Assembly (NCBI GenBank): GCA_964016885.1
Contig: OZ024740.1
Coordinates: 60,450,001 to 60,514,000 of the forward strand
Reading direction: 5' to 3'
Origin: Eledone cirrhosa
Taxonomy: Eukaryota
Length of the DNA stretch: 64,000 nucleotides
The position numbers and the translations under genes were made by a program. This document shows, piece by piece, positions 1 to 15,172 of this stretch (position 1 is the first letter of the stretch; every line of letters starts with the position of its first letter). The notes under the pieces are model-generated. The model was given only the letters and a program-made list of their open reading frames with translations, was not told the DNA's origin and did no database searches.

Positions 1-403
1 AACACACTGTTTGGTTTGGTTTTCGTTTCAGTATATTTATATAAATAATTTAACTGAACCCCGATGCACCCGGCCGATTAACCCACTCGATATGCAAATT
101 GGGCTACTCAGCCATTAATATGCATAAGGAAAGTATATACTTTCGGACGTTCAACAATCTGGCAGAAAGGTATACGTTGCTGACGATATCTAACACATTC
201 CTTTGTCAGTGTTGAACAAACGAGCAACGGCGGTTGCTGGACACTGCGGCTTAATACAGGATGTTTGTTTGCAAACACACCGAGCATTATAATAAATGTT
301 CGGTGAATCCATACGTACATATATATATGTGTGCATGTATTTATATATATATATATATACATACTACTGTGCGTGTATACATATATGTATGTACGTATAC
401 ATA

Positions 404-509
<106 letters not shown>

Positions 510-530
510 GATATAGATATAGATATAGAT

Positions 531-902
<372 letters not shown>

Positions 903-913
903 TGTGTATATAC

Positions 914-957
<44 letters not shown>

Positions 958-1435
958 CTATTTCTTCATTGGATGTGCCAGGACGTTTGGCGCGTGATCC
1001 TGGATAACTACCGCTGATGTTGCCAGCTTCGTCACTGTCCTCATAAGGAAAATATCTACTAGGGATTTCACTTCAACTAAGGATTGTTTGACCATTAATC
1101 ATTGATTTTCTGTTATATATATAGTCACTAACTTTCAATTTCCGCAATGTTATACTTAGGAGAGGAAAAGATAAATATACCCTAAAATCTATGATGTGTT
1201 CTTTCAACTACTAACAAATTGTTTTTCAGATTTCGACCGTTAACCAACGCTAAAAGTTTCCTGGTGTGTAAAAACAAACAAACAGATGAAAGTATCTTTA
1301 GACTGAAAATTCTGAATAAAACACTACGTTTTAATTCTTTATACGCATTGTTTGGGCTTTTAATCATTAGAAATCATTACATTGTCGCAATGCCATGGAA
1401 AATTGCCTAGAAATTCAATTTGTGTATATTTATGC

Positions 1436-1477
<42 letters not shown>

Positions 1478-1568
1478 CGGAGGAAATGTGGTAAGGAACC
1501 AGGTGGACCATAACGCACCAAAGTACTCAATACTTGAGGTAGTAGAGTGGGTAGTAGGAACCAGTAAG

Positions 1569-1662
1569 ACCCCGACAGCTGAGCTCAAGCCGTTTCGACG
1601 GCTAATTCTGGACTAAATGAAAATTTATCCTGGTATTTAAATAGCCGATCTTCTCAAGGGGT
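1569..1662 (-). ncRNA. Hammerhead ribozyme, U3-A8 core variant (inverted copy)
   Basis: Reverse complement of 5209-5302. Confidence 0.8.
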
Positions 1663-2775
1663 AATTCCATATATGGTCAAAGTGATTGTCAAAAATCAGT
1701 AGTAATTCTGTGGTTGCAAATTAGTAGTGGAGATGGTGGCTAAACCTGCCAGTAGGAGAAAGAGGGGAGGGGGTGGAGTAGACCCAATCAAGCGTTGGTA
1801 GTGCCAGCTACAGCTGGGCATGAGGTCAAAGAAGATACAGGGGAGGGGGAGGGGGGGAAGTCGGAACGGTAGGTAGAACAATGGGGGGTAGAAAAATATA
1901 TATAGGAAAGAAAAAATACTGAAAGTGAAGAAAAGCAAATAAGTGTAAAGAAAAAAGTAAAGTAAATTAAATTCTACGACCTAGGTCTCAGGCTATTGTT
2001 AGGCTAGAATAAAATAAAGAAAGAAAGAAGTAAAGAAATAAAGAAATAAAGAAATAACGAAATAAGTAAAAGAACTAGGTGGGACGAAATAGGCAAGGAC
2101 CCTTTTAAGAGATATAAGTACGTAAATGATACGGTGACGGGTCAACAAAAGGGGCCAAAATACTAAAGAGACTACCACGAAATAAACAATAAAGGTTTCC
2201 ATCCCGGGCCAGCAACGACCCAGTGCAGCAAAGTGAACTAGTACGAGATAATAATTCTGAGTCCCGAGAAAAATATATACTAATGCTAACTCTAAAAGAT
2301 CTAAAACAAGCTACATGAAAGTTCGTACGAAATAAAGGTAGAATACGGAGAAATAAATTCAGAATCCACCCCACCCAGAAGAAAAGCGAGGCAAGAAATA
2401 CTGAAACGAAAAAATAAGGCATAAGTGCCACTAAGAAATATAGAGGGCACAGAGAATAGTGGGAGCGGTCGGAAAAAGGGGGCAAGTATCCGGGGTCTAA
2501 GCCAACTGCTATAAAGGGCGGAGTCCGCCAAATCTATCATAGACTAGGGGAGGGGGTGGTGGGGGTACTAAGGCTACATGGGGCCAAAGGGCAGCCTCGG
2601 GTGGGCGAGAAAAGACGCCGACAAAGGAGAAGAGCTGGGGTAGAAGGACTAAGGAGAGAGGGGGTGGGAGGAAATAAAGGAAGCGATAAAAGAATACAAA
2701 GAAGATCTTACGTCTTCCTTGGCAAGCAGGGGTTACCCATTGCAAAATCGGCAAGTGGGGTGTTATAGCCCTAGT

Positions 2776-3380
2776 CTACCCCCCCGGGTCATTATGGGGT
2801 TTGAGGGCGAGGTAAGCCTTACGCAATCTATGTTTACATGCAGTGACCAGTTCATCTTTCTTGTTTAGGAGTTGGTCCGTCGAAAACAGCATTTGTAAAG
2901 TTTCCTCCGAGCATAAATTGCACGGACGGCGTCCTCCCGTGTAAGAATTGGCTCTGGACAGTAATCTCCACGTGAGATCATAGGTGATGTTGTTGTCCTT
3001 GAGGTCCCATATGTGGCCCGAAAGTGTAGTGGCGTGACGCCGGGCCGGGTTTCGGAAGGTATGTCTATGTTGGTATAGCCGGGTCTTGAAGTCACATGCG
3101 GTAAGTCCTATATAGGCTTTGTTGGAGGTATCCGTCCTCACGTTGCACTGGTAGATCACATTACGGTCTCTGCATCTATTGTCGAGTGGGCAAATAGATC
3201 TATCCGGGCAGTTACACCTCCTGGTCGGTTCTCCACTGCTATTTAGGTTATTTCTGCCATCGAGGTTGAGTTTTATGTTGTTAGAGGAGACGATGTTTTG
3301 TGCGAAGTTTGGTGTAGTGCTGTAAGAGAGTTTGATGGTATTTTTGTTAATTATGTTGTGGTAGCGGTGTTGTAATGGGA
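2776..3380 (-). pseudogene. PLE GIY-YIG endonuclease C-terminal fragment (inverted copy)
   Basis: CNCPDRSICPLDNRC, VIYQC..AYIGLT, FKTRLYQH, CNLC, LLNKKDEL..CKH. The N-terminus of the track ORF (3381-3471) is antisense read-through of the spacer. Confidence 0.88.
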
Positions 3381-3382
3381 GA

Positions 3383-4096
3383 CACCGCCGCTCACGCAAT
3401 GTAACATGGTTCAATCCTCCCCACAACGCAGAGGTGACAACTCCCATCGGGAAACTATTCTTTAGGCTCATTGAAAAACACTTCCCATTACAACACCGCT
3501 ACCACAACATAATTAACAAAAATACCATCAAACTCTCTTACAGCACTACACCAAACTTCGCACAAAACATCGTCTCCTCTAACAACAAAAAACTCAACCC
3601 CGATGGCAGAAATAACCTAAATAGCAGTGGAGAACCGACCAGGAGGTGTAACTGCCCGGATAGATCTATTTGCCCACTCGACAATAGATGCAGAGACCGA
3701 AATGTGATCTACCAGTGCAACGTGAGGACGGATACCTCCAACAAAGCCTATATAGGACTTACCGCATGTGACTTCAAGACCCGGCTATACCAACATAGAC
3801 ATACCTTCCGAAACCCGGCCCGGCGTCACGCCACTACACTTTCGAGCCACATATGGGACCTCAAGGACAACAACATCACCTATGATCTCACGTGGAGATT
3901 ACTGTCCAGAGCCAATTCTTACACGGGAGGATGCCGTCCGTGCAATTTATGCTCGGAGGAAACTTTACAAATGCTGTTTTCGACGGACCAACTCCTAAAC
4001 AAGAAAGATGAACTGGTCACTGCATGTAAACATAGATTGCGTAAGACTTACCTCGCCCTCAAACCCCATAATGACCCGGGGGGGGGGGTAGACTAG
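3383..4096 (+). pseudogene. PLE thumb/linker + GIY-YIG endonuclease fragment (Naiad-type CxCx5C linker)
   Basis: Frame is open from HRRSRNVTWFNPP through CxCx5C, the GIY-YIG and CxxC..CKH motifs; no RT core (5'-truncated). Confidence 0.9.
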
Positions 4097-5208
4097 GGCT
4101 ATAACACCCCACTTGCCGATTTTGCAATGGGTAACCCCTGCTTGCCAAGGAAGACGTAAGATCTTCTTTGTATTCTTTTATCGCTTCCTTTATTTCCTCC
4201 CCCCTTCTCTCCTTAGTCCTTCTACCCCAGCTCTTCTCCTTTGTCGGCGTCTTTTCTCGCCCACCCGAGGCTGCCCTTTGGCCCCATGTAGCCTTAGTAC
4301 CCCCACCACCCCCTCCCCTAGTCTATGATAGATTTGGCGGACTCCGCCCTTTATAGCAGTTGGCTTAGACCCCGGATACTTGCCCCCTTTTTCCGACCGC
4401 TCCCACTATTCTCTGTGCCCTCTATATTTCTTAGTGGCACTTATGCCTTATTTTTTCGTTTCAGTATTTCTTGCCTCGCTTTTCTTCTGGGTGGGGTGGA
4501 TTCTGAATTTATTTCTCCGTATTCTACCTTTATTTCGTACGAACTTTCATGTAGCTTGTTTTAGATCTTTTAGAGTTAGCATTAGTATATATTTTTCTCG
4601 GGACTCAGAATTATTATCTCGTACTAGTTCACTTTGCTGCACTGGTTCGTTGCTGGCCCGGGATGGAAACCTTTATTGTTTATTTCGTGGTAGTCTCTTT
4701 AGTATTTTGGCCCCTTTTGTTGACCCGTCACCGTATCATTTACGTACTTATATCTCTTAAAAGGGTCCTTGCCTATTTCGTCCCACCTAGTTCTTTTACT
4801 TATTTCGTTATTTCTTTATTTCTTTATTTCTTTACTTCTTTCTTTCTTTCTTTATTTTATTCTAGCCTAACAATAGCCTGAGACCTAGGTCGTAGAATTT
4901 AATTTACTTTACTTTTTTCTTTACACTTATTTGCTTTTCTTCACTCTCAGTATTTTTTCTTTCCTATATATATTGTTCTACCCCCCATTGTTCTACCTAC
5001 CATTCCGACTTCCCCCCCCCTCCCCCTCCCCTGTATCTTCTTTGACCTCATGCCCAGCTGTAGCTGGCACTACCAACGCTTGATTGGGTCTACTCCACCC
5101 CCTCCCCTCTTTCTCCTACTGGCAGGTTTAGCCACCATCTCCCCTACTAATTTGCAACCACAGAATTACTACTGATTTTTGACAATCACTTTGACCATAT
5201 ATGGAATT

Positions 5209-5302
5209 ACCCCTTGAGAAGATCGGCTATTTAAATACCAGGATAAATTTTCATTTAGTCCAGAATTAGCCGTCGAAACGGCTTGAGCTCAGCTGTCGGG
5301 GT
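5209..5302 (+). ncRNA. Hammerhead ribozyme type I, U3-A8 core variant
   Basis: Stem I ACCCC/GGGGT; core TTGAGAA; stem II GA(T)CGGCTA/TAGCCGTC with long loop; GAAA 5275-5278; stem III CGGCT/AGCTG; GTC triplet 5295-5297. Confidence 0.82.
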
Positions 5303-5312
5303 CTTACTGGTT

Positions 5313-5395
<83 letters not shown>

Positions 5396-5472
5396 GAACT
5401 CACTATTCAAATAGAACTCACAACATTAAGTTCTTGTCTGAATATGACACACTATCTATAAACCAATTTTTG

Positions 5473-5533
5473 TATTTTATCTGATGAGAGGGTACCAAAA
5501 TTTTGGTACCCTTGAAATATATATAATAAAATA
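5473..5533 (+). ncRNA. Hammerhead ribozyme type I, canonical core
   Basis: Stem I TATTTTAT/ATAAAATA; CTGATGA 5481-5487; palindromic stem II GAGGGTACCAAAA/TTTTGGTACCCTT; GAAA 5514-5517; palindromic TATATA stem III; ATA triplet. Confidence 0.85.
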
Positions 5534-5579
5534 AATATGCTTTTAAAAAGATAGCTTCCATTTATTAATATTATTGATA

Positions 5580-5627
<48 letters not shown>

Positions 5628-5657
5628 TTTATCCCGGGTTCAATCGGGGGTAACCAC

Positions 5658-5708
5658 GGCTTCCTGATGATTTCTCCTGAATGAAACAGTTCTAGTCCTG
5701 TAAAAGCC
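5658..5708 (+). ncRNA. Hammerhead ribozyme type I (U10.1-U11.1), in a short unit at 5627-5722
   Basis: GGCTT/AAGCC stem I; CTGATGA; T-TTC/GAA-T; GAAA; CAG/CTG stem III; GTA. Homologous copy at 47305-47355 (-). Confidence 0.7.
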
Positions 5709-5824
5709 ATTTCTATATTAAATATATATATATACACACACACATACATATATATATATACACATACATACATATATATATATATACACATACATACATA
5801 TATATATATGTATATATATATAAC

Positions 5825-5982
5825 AAAGAAAGTGTGGTAAGGAAGCCAAGAGGACCATAACGCACTGGAGTACTCAATACTTAGGGTAGTAGAGTGGGTA
5901 ATAGGAAAAGATTCAGGACCTCGACGGCTGAGCTCCGGCCGTTTCGACAGCTAGATCCGAAGTTGGATCTAGCTGACGAAAG
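5825..5982 (-). mobile_element. pLTR 3' end of a diverged relative of the 1478-5316 family, with a half HHR ending in a fold-back
   Basis: GTGGTAAGGAA..GGACCATAACGCAC..AGTACTCAATACTT..GGTAGTAGAGTGGGTA matches 1488-1553; palindrome TTTCGACAGCTAGATCC..GGATCTAGCTGACGAAA at 5942-5981. Confidence 0.75.
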
Positions 5983-6119
5983 TTGTAATGGAATGAAACG
6001 AAATTTCATTTCTCACTCTTAGTACGTCACTTACTTAAATGTAAGTATGTATGTATACGTACATACATATATGTATACAGACGTACAGTAGCATGCATAT
6101 ATATATATATATATAGAGA

Positions 6120-6790
6120 TTTTGAGTTTATGTTGGTTGTATACCAACACCTCAGTATGCAGGCTGGAGCACTCGACGAAGTGCGCAGGTTGGTTTGGTT
6201 ACTCCGGAGTAGTGTAAAATAAAGTTAAATAAAAGTCAAATGATTAAAATTTAGCTTTGTTTATTACTGCTATATATATTTCAGTGACAGCCATCTTTGG
6301 TTGTGACCTCTTCAGGCAGTTTGAATTAGTATGGTATAGACAAGTACATATGTTGTTTAGGTGTATGATATTGTCAATACTCTGATATGCCCAGTTCCTT
6401 GTTGGGTTGTTAATTCACTGGGGAACTGGAGTCATTCCATTATAACTTATCGTTTTCGGTACGCCTGGCCGACTGAACTCACTCGATATGCAAATTAGGC
6501 TGCTCAGCCGTTCATTTTCATAAGGAAAGTATATACTTTCGAACGTTCAACCATCTGGCAGAAGGGTATACGGTGCTGATGATAGCTAAGAAGCTTGAAA
6601 CTAGTACATCGTTCCTGTGTCAGTGTTGAACAAAAAGGTGACGTGGTTGCCTTAACACCGTACGGCATAAATCAGACTGTCCGTTTGTTTACAAACGGAC
6701 AAAGCGGGCGTTATAATAAACGTCCGCTAAACTGATACGTACATATATATATGTGTACCTGCATGTGTATATATGTATATATACAGTACA
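6120..6790 (-). mobile_element. Non-coding HHR-bearing repeat unit; related partial copy at ~55-410
   Basis: 6465-6790 aligns with ~65-365 (ACTCGATATGCAAATT, CATAAGGAAAGTATATACTTTCG, TGTCAGTGTTGAACAAA); HHR at 6266-6320; no ORF. Confidence 0.7.
6266..6320 (-). ncRNA. Hammerhead ribozyme type I
   Basis: Minus strand: ACTGC-CTGAAGA-GGTCACAACCA/TGGCTGTCACT-GAAA-TATATA-TA-GCAGT. Confidence 0.8.
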
Positions 6791-6813
6791 TTACAGTACA
6801 TTATATACAGTAC

Positions 6814-9800
6814 ATTACTCAAGAATGTAATAAGCACTTTAACAGAAAATTAAAGTGGCTTAAACAGGCAAAGCTAAATCGGGATACTATAGAGTATACC
6901 AATAGATATCCCGACAAAATTGACGGTATCAACATGGCCGACACCTCATTATCTGAAGAGTTCAACAATGAAAATACCAACATCTATGGAAACACGGAAA
7001 TAGATAATAATGAAATGTCTGTGTTACGTCTGCCACCCAAATTTGCGACATTCAAGAAGGTAAATATGATTAGTTGTCTGTCAGAAATAGAAAAATCATT
7101 TACGAAACTACGCTGGAGCATCAAAAACAAAAACAAAAGCAACAATATACGCACACACATATACAACACACATCCCAACAACAACAGACACACAGACACA
7201 AACAACAATAACAACAACAATAGCAACATACCCAGATACAACAACAACAATAGCAACATACCCAGATACAACAGACACGCAGACACAAACAACAATAACA
7301 ACACACACGGAGACAATAATAACAACAACACACACATCAACAACAACAACAATAGCAACATACCCAGATACAACAACAACAGACACGCAAACACAAACAA
7401 CAATAACAACACACACAACAACGATAACACACACACGGAGACAACAACACACATCAACAACAACACACATCAACAACAACAACACACACGCATTCAATGC
7501 CTCTCACCACCACCACAATCTTAACAAACACACAGACACAGAAAACAAGTAATGACAGTAGCACAGAAATCAGAGAAATAAGAGAAAGTAATAGGATTAA
7601 AAGGAGAAGGGAGACTAAGGACAAAGAGAATAACCAAGACGAACACACAGACACACAAAATAGGGTAGATAACAACATTGAGCCAGTGGAAAGAGACAGG
7701 AGTAATTATGAGAGACATAGAAACAACCATGAAGCTGAGGCTGCTGCTGTTGGTGGAAATAGAAACAACACAACTAACAATAACAATAGCACTAGTACAC
7801 ATAAAGCAGCAGCCTGGAACTCTCCGTTTTATAACCCCTCCGATAAATCATTCGACCTACGACGAGTCCACGCCACGACTTTGCCATTTAACAAACGCAC
7901 GCAGTTGCCGTCGCAGGTCGATGAACAAACAGAGGCACAATTTAGTATAGCTAAATCCGAACTTAGAAATATTATAGAACAGTATAGCAAGAAGCATAAT
8001 AGAATAGAGGCCCAGCAACTGGGAGAAGAATCTGCAAATGGCTTGCGTAAGCTCATGCAGCGCTCGCGTAATGGAGAGATAGCATGCTTTACAACAGACA
8101 AGTCTGGCAGAATGTCGGTTGACAGCCTGCCAAACTACATCCAGGCAATGCAACCCCACATCACTAACACAAGAGAGGTAACACCACAGGAGCATGAGGA
8201 TAGAGAAAAAACCCTCAATGCCCATATGGTGATGTGGACAAATATAATGCAGCCCAACAAAAGGACTGCCAACAACTTCCAGGCCTGGAACAATGACGTG
8301 CCGGCGTTGTATGGGCTTCGTAAAGACCATAAAACGGGCTGGGACCCTGTCGCGGGACCACCAACACGGCCAGTCTGTGGGGCTAACATTGCTAGTAACT
8401 ACAGACTGTCCTACTTCCTCTCCCTGATCATACGCCCCATCATTGAGATGTCCGTCTCCAGATGTGTGTGACAGCACGGAGGACCTCCTCAGCAGAATCG
8501 GCGCGGGTAACCGATCTGGGGACCTAACAAACTGCATAATAGGCAGTATGGATGTTGTGTCCCTGTATCCATCTATTGACGTGGATTTTGCTGTGGAGAA
8601 ATGCGTCGAAATGATCAGCGAGAGCAAGGTTGAGTTCCGTGGGATTGATACCAGTGAGCTGGGACTTCTACTTAAGCTTACCCATAGTAATAGTTACCTA
8701 GACACTTATGACCTTAGCAACCTGTGCCCTACAAGACCAGCAAGAGGCAGACCACCTACCATTACCTCAATGGCCAAGAAAACCCACACAGATAGATGGA
8801 ACGGGTGGACCAGAGCCATACGGACACCCGAAAACCACGATGAACTGAAGAAAATGATTGCACATGCGGTAGGGGCCAGCATAAAACTAACCCTTAAGGA
8901 ACATATGTTCAAATTTAATGGTAAAACATATGCCCAAGAGGAAGGAGCAGCCATTGGTGTTAGCATTGCAGGCGACATAGCTAACTTATTCATGGTATGG
9001 TGGGACAGTAGACTTAAACAAAAACTTAATGAACAATTAGAAGACAGCTTAACCCTGATAATGTACTCCCGCTACGTAGATGATATAAACATCGTAGTTA
9101 AGACACCCCCACTAAAGAACAGTCAGGAACTAGAGAAAAACACAATGGAAAGCATCCAGCAAATAGCAAACTCCATCCACCAGAGCATTAGAGTTACTAT
9201 AGACTACCCAAGTAGACACCCCAACCATCGATTACCTGTACTAGACACAGAGCTCTGGTTAGATACTATTAACAACCAAAAACAAATCCTCCATTCCCAT
9301 TATGCCAAACCCATGACTTCCAAACATCTGATCCACCGAAACTCGGCCATTTCGGACCATACCAAAATCAACATACTGATTGCGGATTTGGTACGGGTGA
9401 TGAGAAATGTGTCCCGCATGTGCAACCCCGAAGAACTAGAGAGACACATACAACACTTCATCCACCGTATGCAGTTCTCTGGCTACAATCAGAGAGATAG
9501 AATTAGAGTGTATAAAGGAGCCAGAACCAAATGGGAAAAAATGGTAAATAATGACATAAATGGGACCTGCCCCTTGTATAGGAGCAAATTTTGGAATAGA
9601 ATAGAAAGAACTAAGAACAAGGCCAATAGAATAAACTCATGGTATGATAGCAATAAATACCAGAGTGTAATGTTCATCAATACAACCCCTAGAGGCGAAC
9701 TAGCCTACAAATTTAGAAGGGCCCTAAAGAAACATAATCTCAATATTAAGATAGTAGAAAGACCTGGTACCTCCGTAAAAACACTTATTAGCAAGACATA

Positions 9801-10203
9801 CCCGTTCCAAAGACCCTCATGTATAGATAAGAAATGTATAACCTGTAAAATAAGCCCCCATATTAACTGTAAAACTAGAAATGTAGTATATAGCATAAGA
9901 TGTACTGAAGGACAATGTAGAAACAAAAATGTAGTGTACATAGGTGAGACAGCTCGTAGTATAGGGGAACGAATAAATGAACACTGGCGAGACCTCCAAG
10001 ATAGTAAAGAATCATCTGTGCTCTACCAACATGCTAAGATAGAACACAGGGGTAAATTAGAGAGCATAGAAATAAAAATAGAATCCACACACAAGAAAGA
10101 CGCAATGTTTAGGCAAATTACAGAGGCAGTAAGCATAAAAGAATTAAAACCAAAATTAAATAGAAAATATGAGTGGAACAGCAACATCACAACTTACAAT
10201 TAA
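6814..10203 (+). pseudogene. PLE RT-GIY-YIG polyprotein with two frameshifts (~7490, ~8450)
   Basis: LRLPPKF..KLRW; TDKSG; KDHK..PTRPV; SMDVVSLYPSI; GAAIG..IANLFM; RYVDD; LPVLD; VVYSIRC..YIGET; RQITEA..LNRK. Confidence 0.9.
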
Positions 10204-10506
10204 GGACAAAATGAAAACACACACACACAGAACAAACAACTTACAATTGAAAACACACACAAAATGAAAACACACACAAGACAAAATGAAAACACACACA
10301 CACATAGAACAAACAACCAACCAACAATAAATAAATAAATAAACAAACAAATAGAAAAATATAAATAGAAAAATAGAAAAATGAACACAAACACACACAG
10401 ACACCCGGATGTGGCGCATGCGCAAACTGAGCACGCAACCCACACACAAACAAAATGGCGTAGGATAGAAGAAAGGGAAGGCACAGAAACGAAGAAAGAA
10501 ATCCCC

Positions 10507-10551
10507 AGTCACTGAAGAGGTCACAGAGTGTGTGACGAAAGAACTATGACT
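10507..10551 (+). ncRNA. Minimal hammerhead ribozyme in the Neptune-type pLTR
   Basis: AGTCA-CTGAAGA-G-GTCACA/TGTGAC-GAAA-G(AA)C-TA-TGACT. Confidence 0.85.
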
Positions 10552-10765
10552 ATATATATATAAACAACTATCTGGTTGTGGAACCAACCAACCAACCAGA
10601 AATTTATAAATTTGTAAATTTATAAATATTTAATAAATTAAATTGAAGTGAAAGCAACTGGTGCGTGTGTTTCTTATTGGCAACATGACCCTCCCAAAGT
10701 ATAACAATATCGGTTTCAACACACGATTTCAGATAAAGAATCTTGCTAAACAAATTCAGAAACGA

Positions 10766-12018
<1,253 letters not shown>

Positions 12019-12617
12019 TGCGCGCACCCATAATCACAAATATGCGTATATATTATATTTATTCAACGCTGGTGGATCCTCTTGTCGTTACTCTTAGTTT
12101 CTCTCTTGTATTTTACTTCTTTTTGTTGTTATTGTTGATATGTATTGATGTGGTTGTTGTTATTGTTGTTGTTCAATGAGATAAAAGCATGAAAATTCCT
12201 CAAAAACAAATTATTTTAAATATGAAAATATGAGACGAGTTCGAAGCGTAGAATTGTTTTGATGTTGAATATTTGGCGAACAACATTGATAAAATGCAGC
12301 TGAGGTAATAAAATAAACTTTTGTCAATGAAACCGACTCATTTTTTCCTCTTTTTTTTTCTGTAGATTATTCATTCAAAGTTATTGTTTGTATTTTTTTT
12401 TAACTGCTGCTAAAAATCGCACCACAATTAATTGATTTTTGCAAAATAAATTCATTCCAAATTATCAGTCAGAATATGCATAGCTATTTGTCTATTCAAA
12501 ATTGTATGTTCAGAAGTTGGGATGTTGGCTATTTAGGGTGGCGAATTGGCGAACGTTAGACTAACTCTTTTGTAGTATTTGTTCCGTTACACTGGGCTTT
12601 AAGTTCAATTTCCAAAT

Positions 12618-13279
12618 ACCTCAGCAAGACCTTTGTCAGCCGCTCTCCAGCTATCTATTTAAAGCTGTATATAGCTATGGTGCCGCCACAGTTAGAATTT
12701 GCATCACCAGTCTGGAACCCATATCTTGCTCAGAACATTGACCGCCTGGAAACTGTTCAGAGATGTGTAACCAAGCGAATATCCTCCATCAGACATCTAC
12801 CATACTCTGAACGCCTTGCTTCCCTGGGCATGGATACATTGAAGCTCCGACGCCTGGCAACGGACTTGGTAAACACCCAGAAAATTATTAACTATCTTGC
12901 CAACAACAACCCTGAGTACCTTTTTAATTTCCATGTGTCTAACACATGTGGGCATGCCCACAAAGTCAGAGAAAAGCACAGCTCCCATGACTTTTGGAAA
13001 CATTTTTTCACGCTCAGACTTGCTGAAGCATGGAACAAACTGCCTGCATCAGTTATTAGCTGTCGAGACACTGCATCCTTTAAAACCTCCATGCTTCCTG
13101 AGATTCGCCAACACTACACCTAGTATTCCCCCTCCATACATACGCACACAAGTATATCATGACTCATACGCTATTCACTTCCCTGACATTTGTATATTAT
13201 TCTATGTACTATACATGCACCTTTGATGAGTTGTAGTGCACCTGAGCACTGTACACAATAATTTCATTATTATTATTAT
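12618..13279 (+). mobile_element. 3' fragment of a CR1-group LINE with (ATT)n tail
   Basis: LEFASPVWNPY..LETVQR..YSERLASLG..RRL..FFTLR..WNKLP; 3' UTR ends ATTATTATTATTAT. Confidence 0.85.
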
Positions 13280-13971
13280 ACGGGATGATCATGACAAGAA
13301 TGCTTCTGATCATAGATTTTCTCAATCAGAGCTGACCTATACGTAAACAATAATATCTAATCAGAACTGCTGATAGTATGTGTTAGTGTAGATTATCTGC
13401 CTGTTAGACCCCTATCTAATGCCATACGCCATCTCGTAATTTGCTGTGTTATTGTACATATTTTATTAAACAACACCCATTGATGTAAAGGTAATATATT
13501 ATACACACATTTAATTATTCCTTACATATTATACATTTTAATTCCTCACATTTTATATAATTTATTATTTCTAACACGTTCTATTAAAACTTTTTATTAA
13601 TATTAGAACAGCGATGCACAAGACCTTATGACCCTGAAGCGATCCGCACAAAACTTTTAGTAGGTCATGTTGACATTTGTATATTTAAGAAAAGGTTGTA
13701 TGCATATTGATCACGTTTATTCTCCTACTTTATTTAATGTTGTTGCCTTTCAGATATGGCAAGTAGATCTTTGTGTTTGTTTTATTATTATTGTTTGAAA
13801 TACAACTGTGCTTAAACATTGATTATTTTTTTTCTATTTTATTTAGTCGATAATGGTTGGACCACGAACGATATAAATAAATATTGTAGCCTATAGCAGA
13901 AAAAGGATGCACATTCCTGAACCAGAATTCTCACGATGAGCGTTCAGTGTATGTGCGAATGTGTGTGTGAG

Positions 13972-14062
<91 letters not shown>

Positions 14063-14196
14063 GTGTAAAATCCCGACCGCGGCGCCAGGCGGTTTCGACT
14101 GGCGCCGCGGTCAAGATTTTACACATCTTTATACCTACTCTACATTTCCCCATGTATCGAGTACTCACATGATTAGTGGTCTCCTCGGTCTCAGTA

Positions 14197-15172
<976 letters not shown>

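Larger units (their letters stand above)
1478..5316. mobile_element. 5'-truncated Naiad-type Penelope-like element present as two inverted copies
   Basis: Arms 1555-3380 and 3483-5316 are near-identical reverse complements around a 102-bp spacer. Each arm has a GIY-YIG ORF, a ~1.1-kb 3' UTR and an HHR. (TA)n on both flanks. Confidence 0.9.
6790..10765 (+). mobile_element. Near-complete Penelope-like retroelement (Neptune-type, Cys-rich linker)
   Basis: Three overlapping ORF pieces give the N-terminal region, RT and GIY-YIG; the 3' UTR/pLTR contains an HHR and ends in (TA)n. Clade inferred from the CxxxxCxxC..C linker. Confidence 0.9.

Noticed and set aside
8440-8475. Programmed ribosomal frameshift between the Neptune ORF pieces
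   Set aside because: No slippery heptamer; better explained by a 4-bp duplication.
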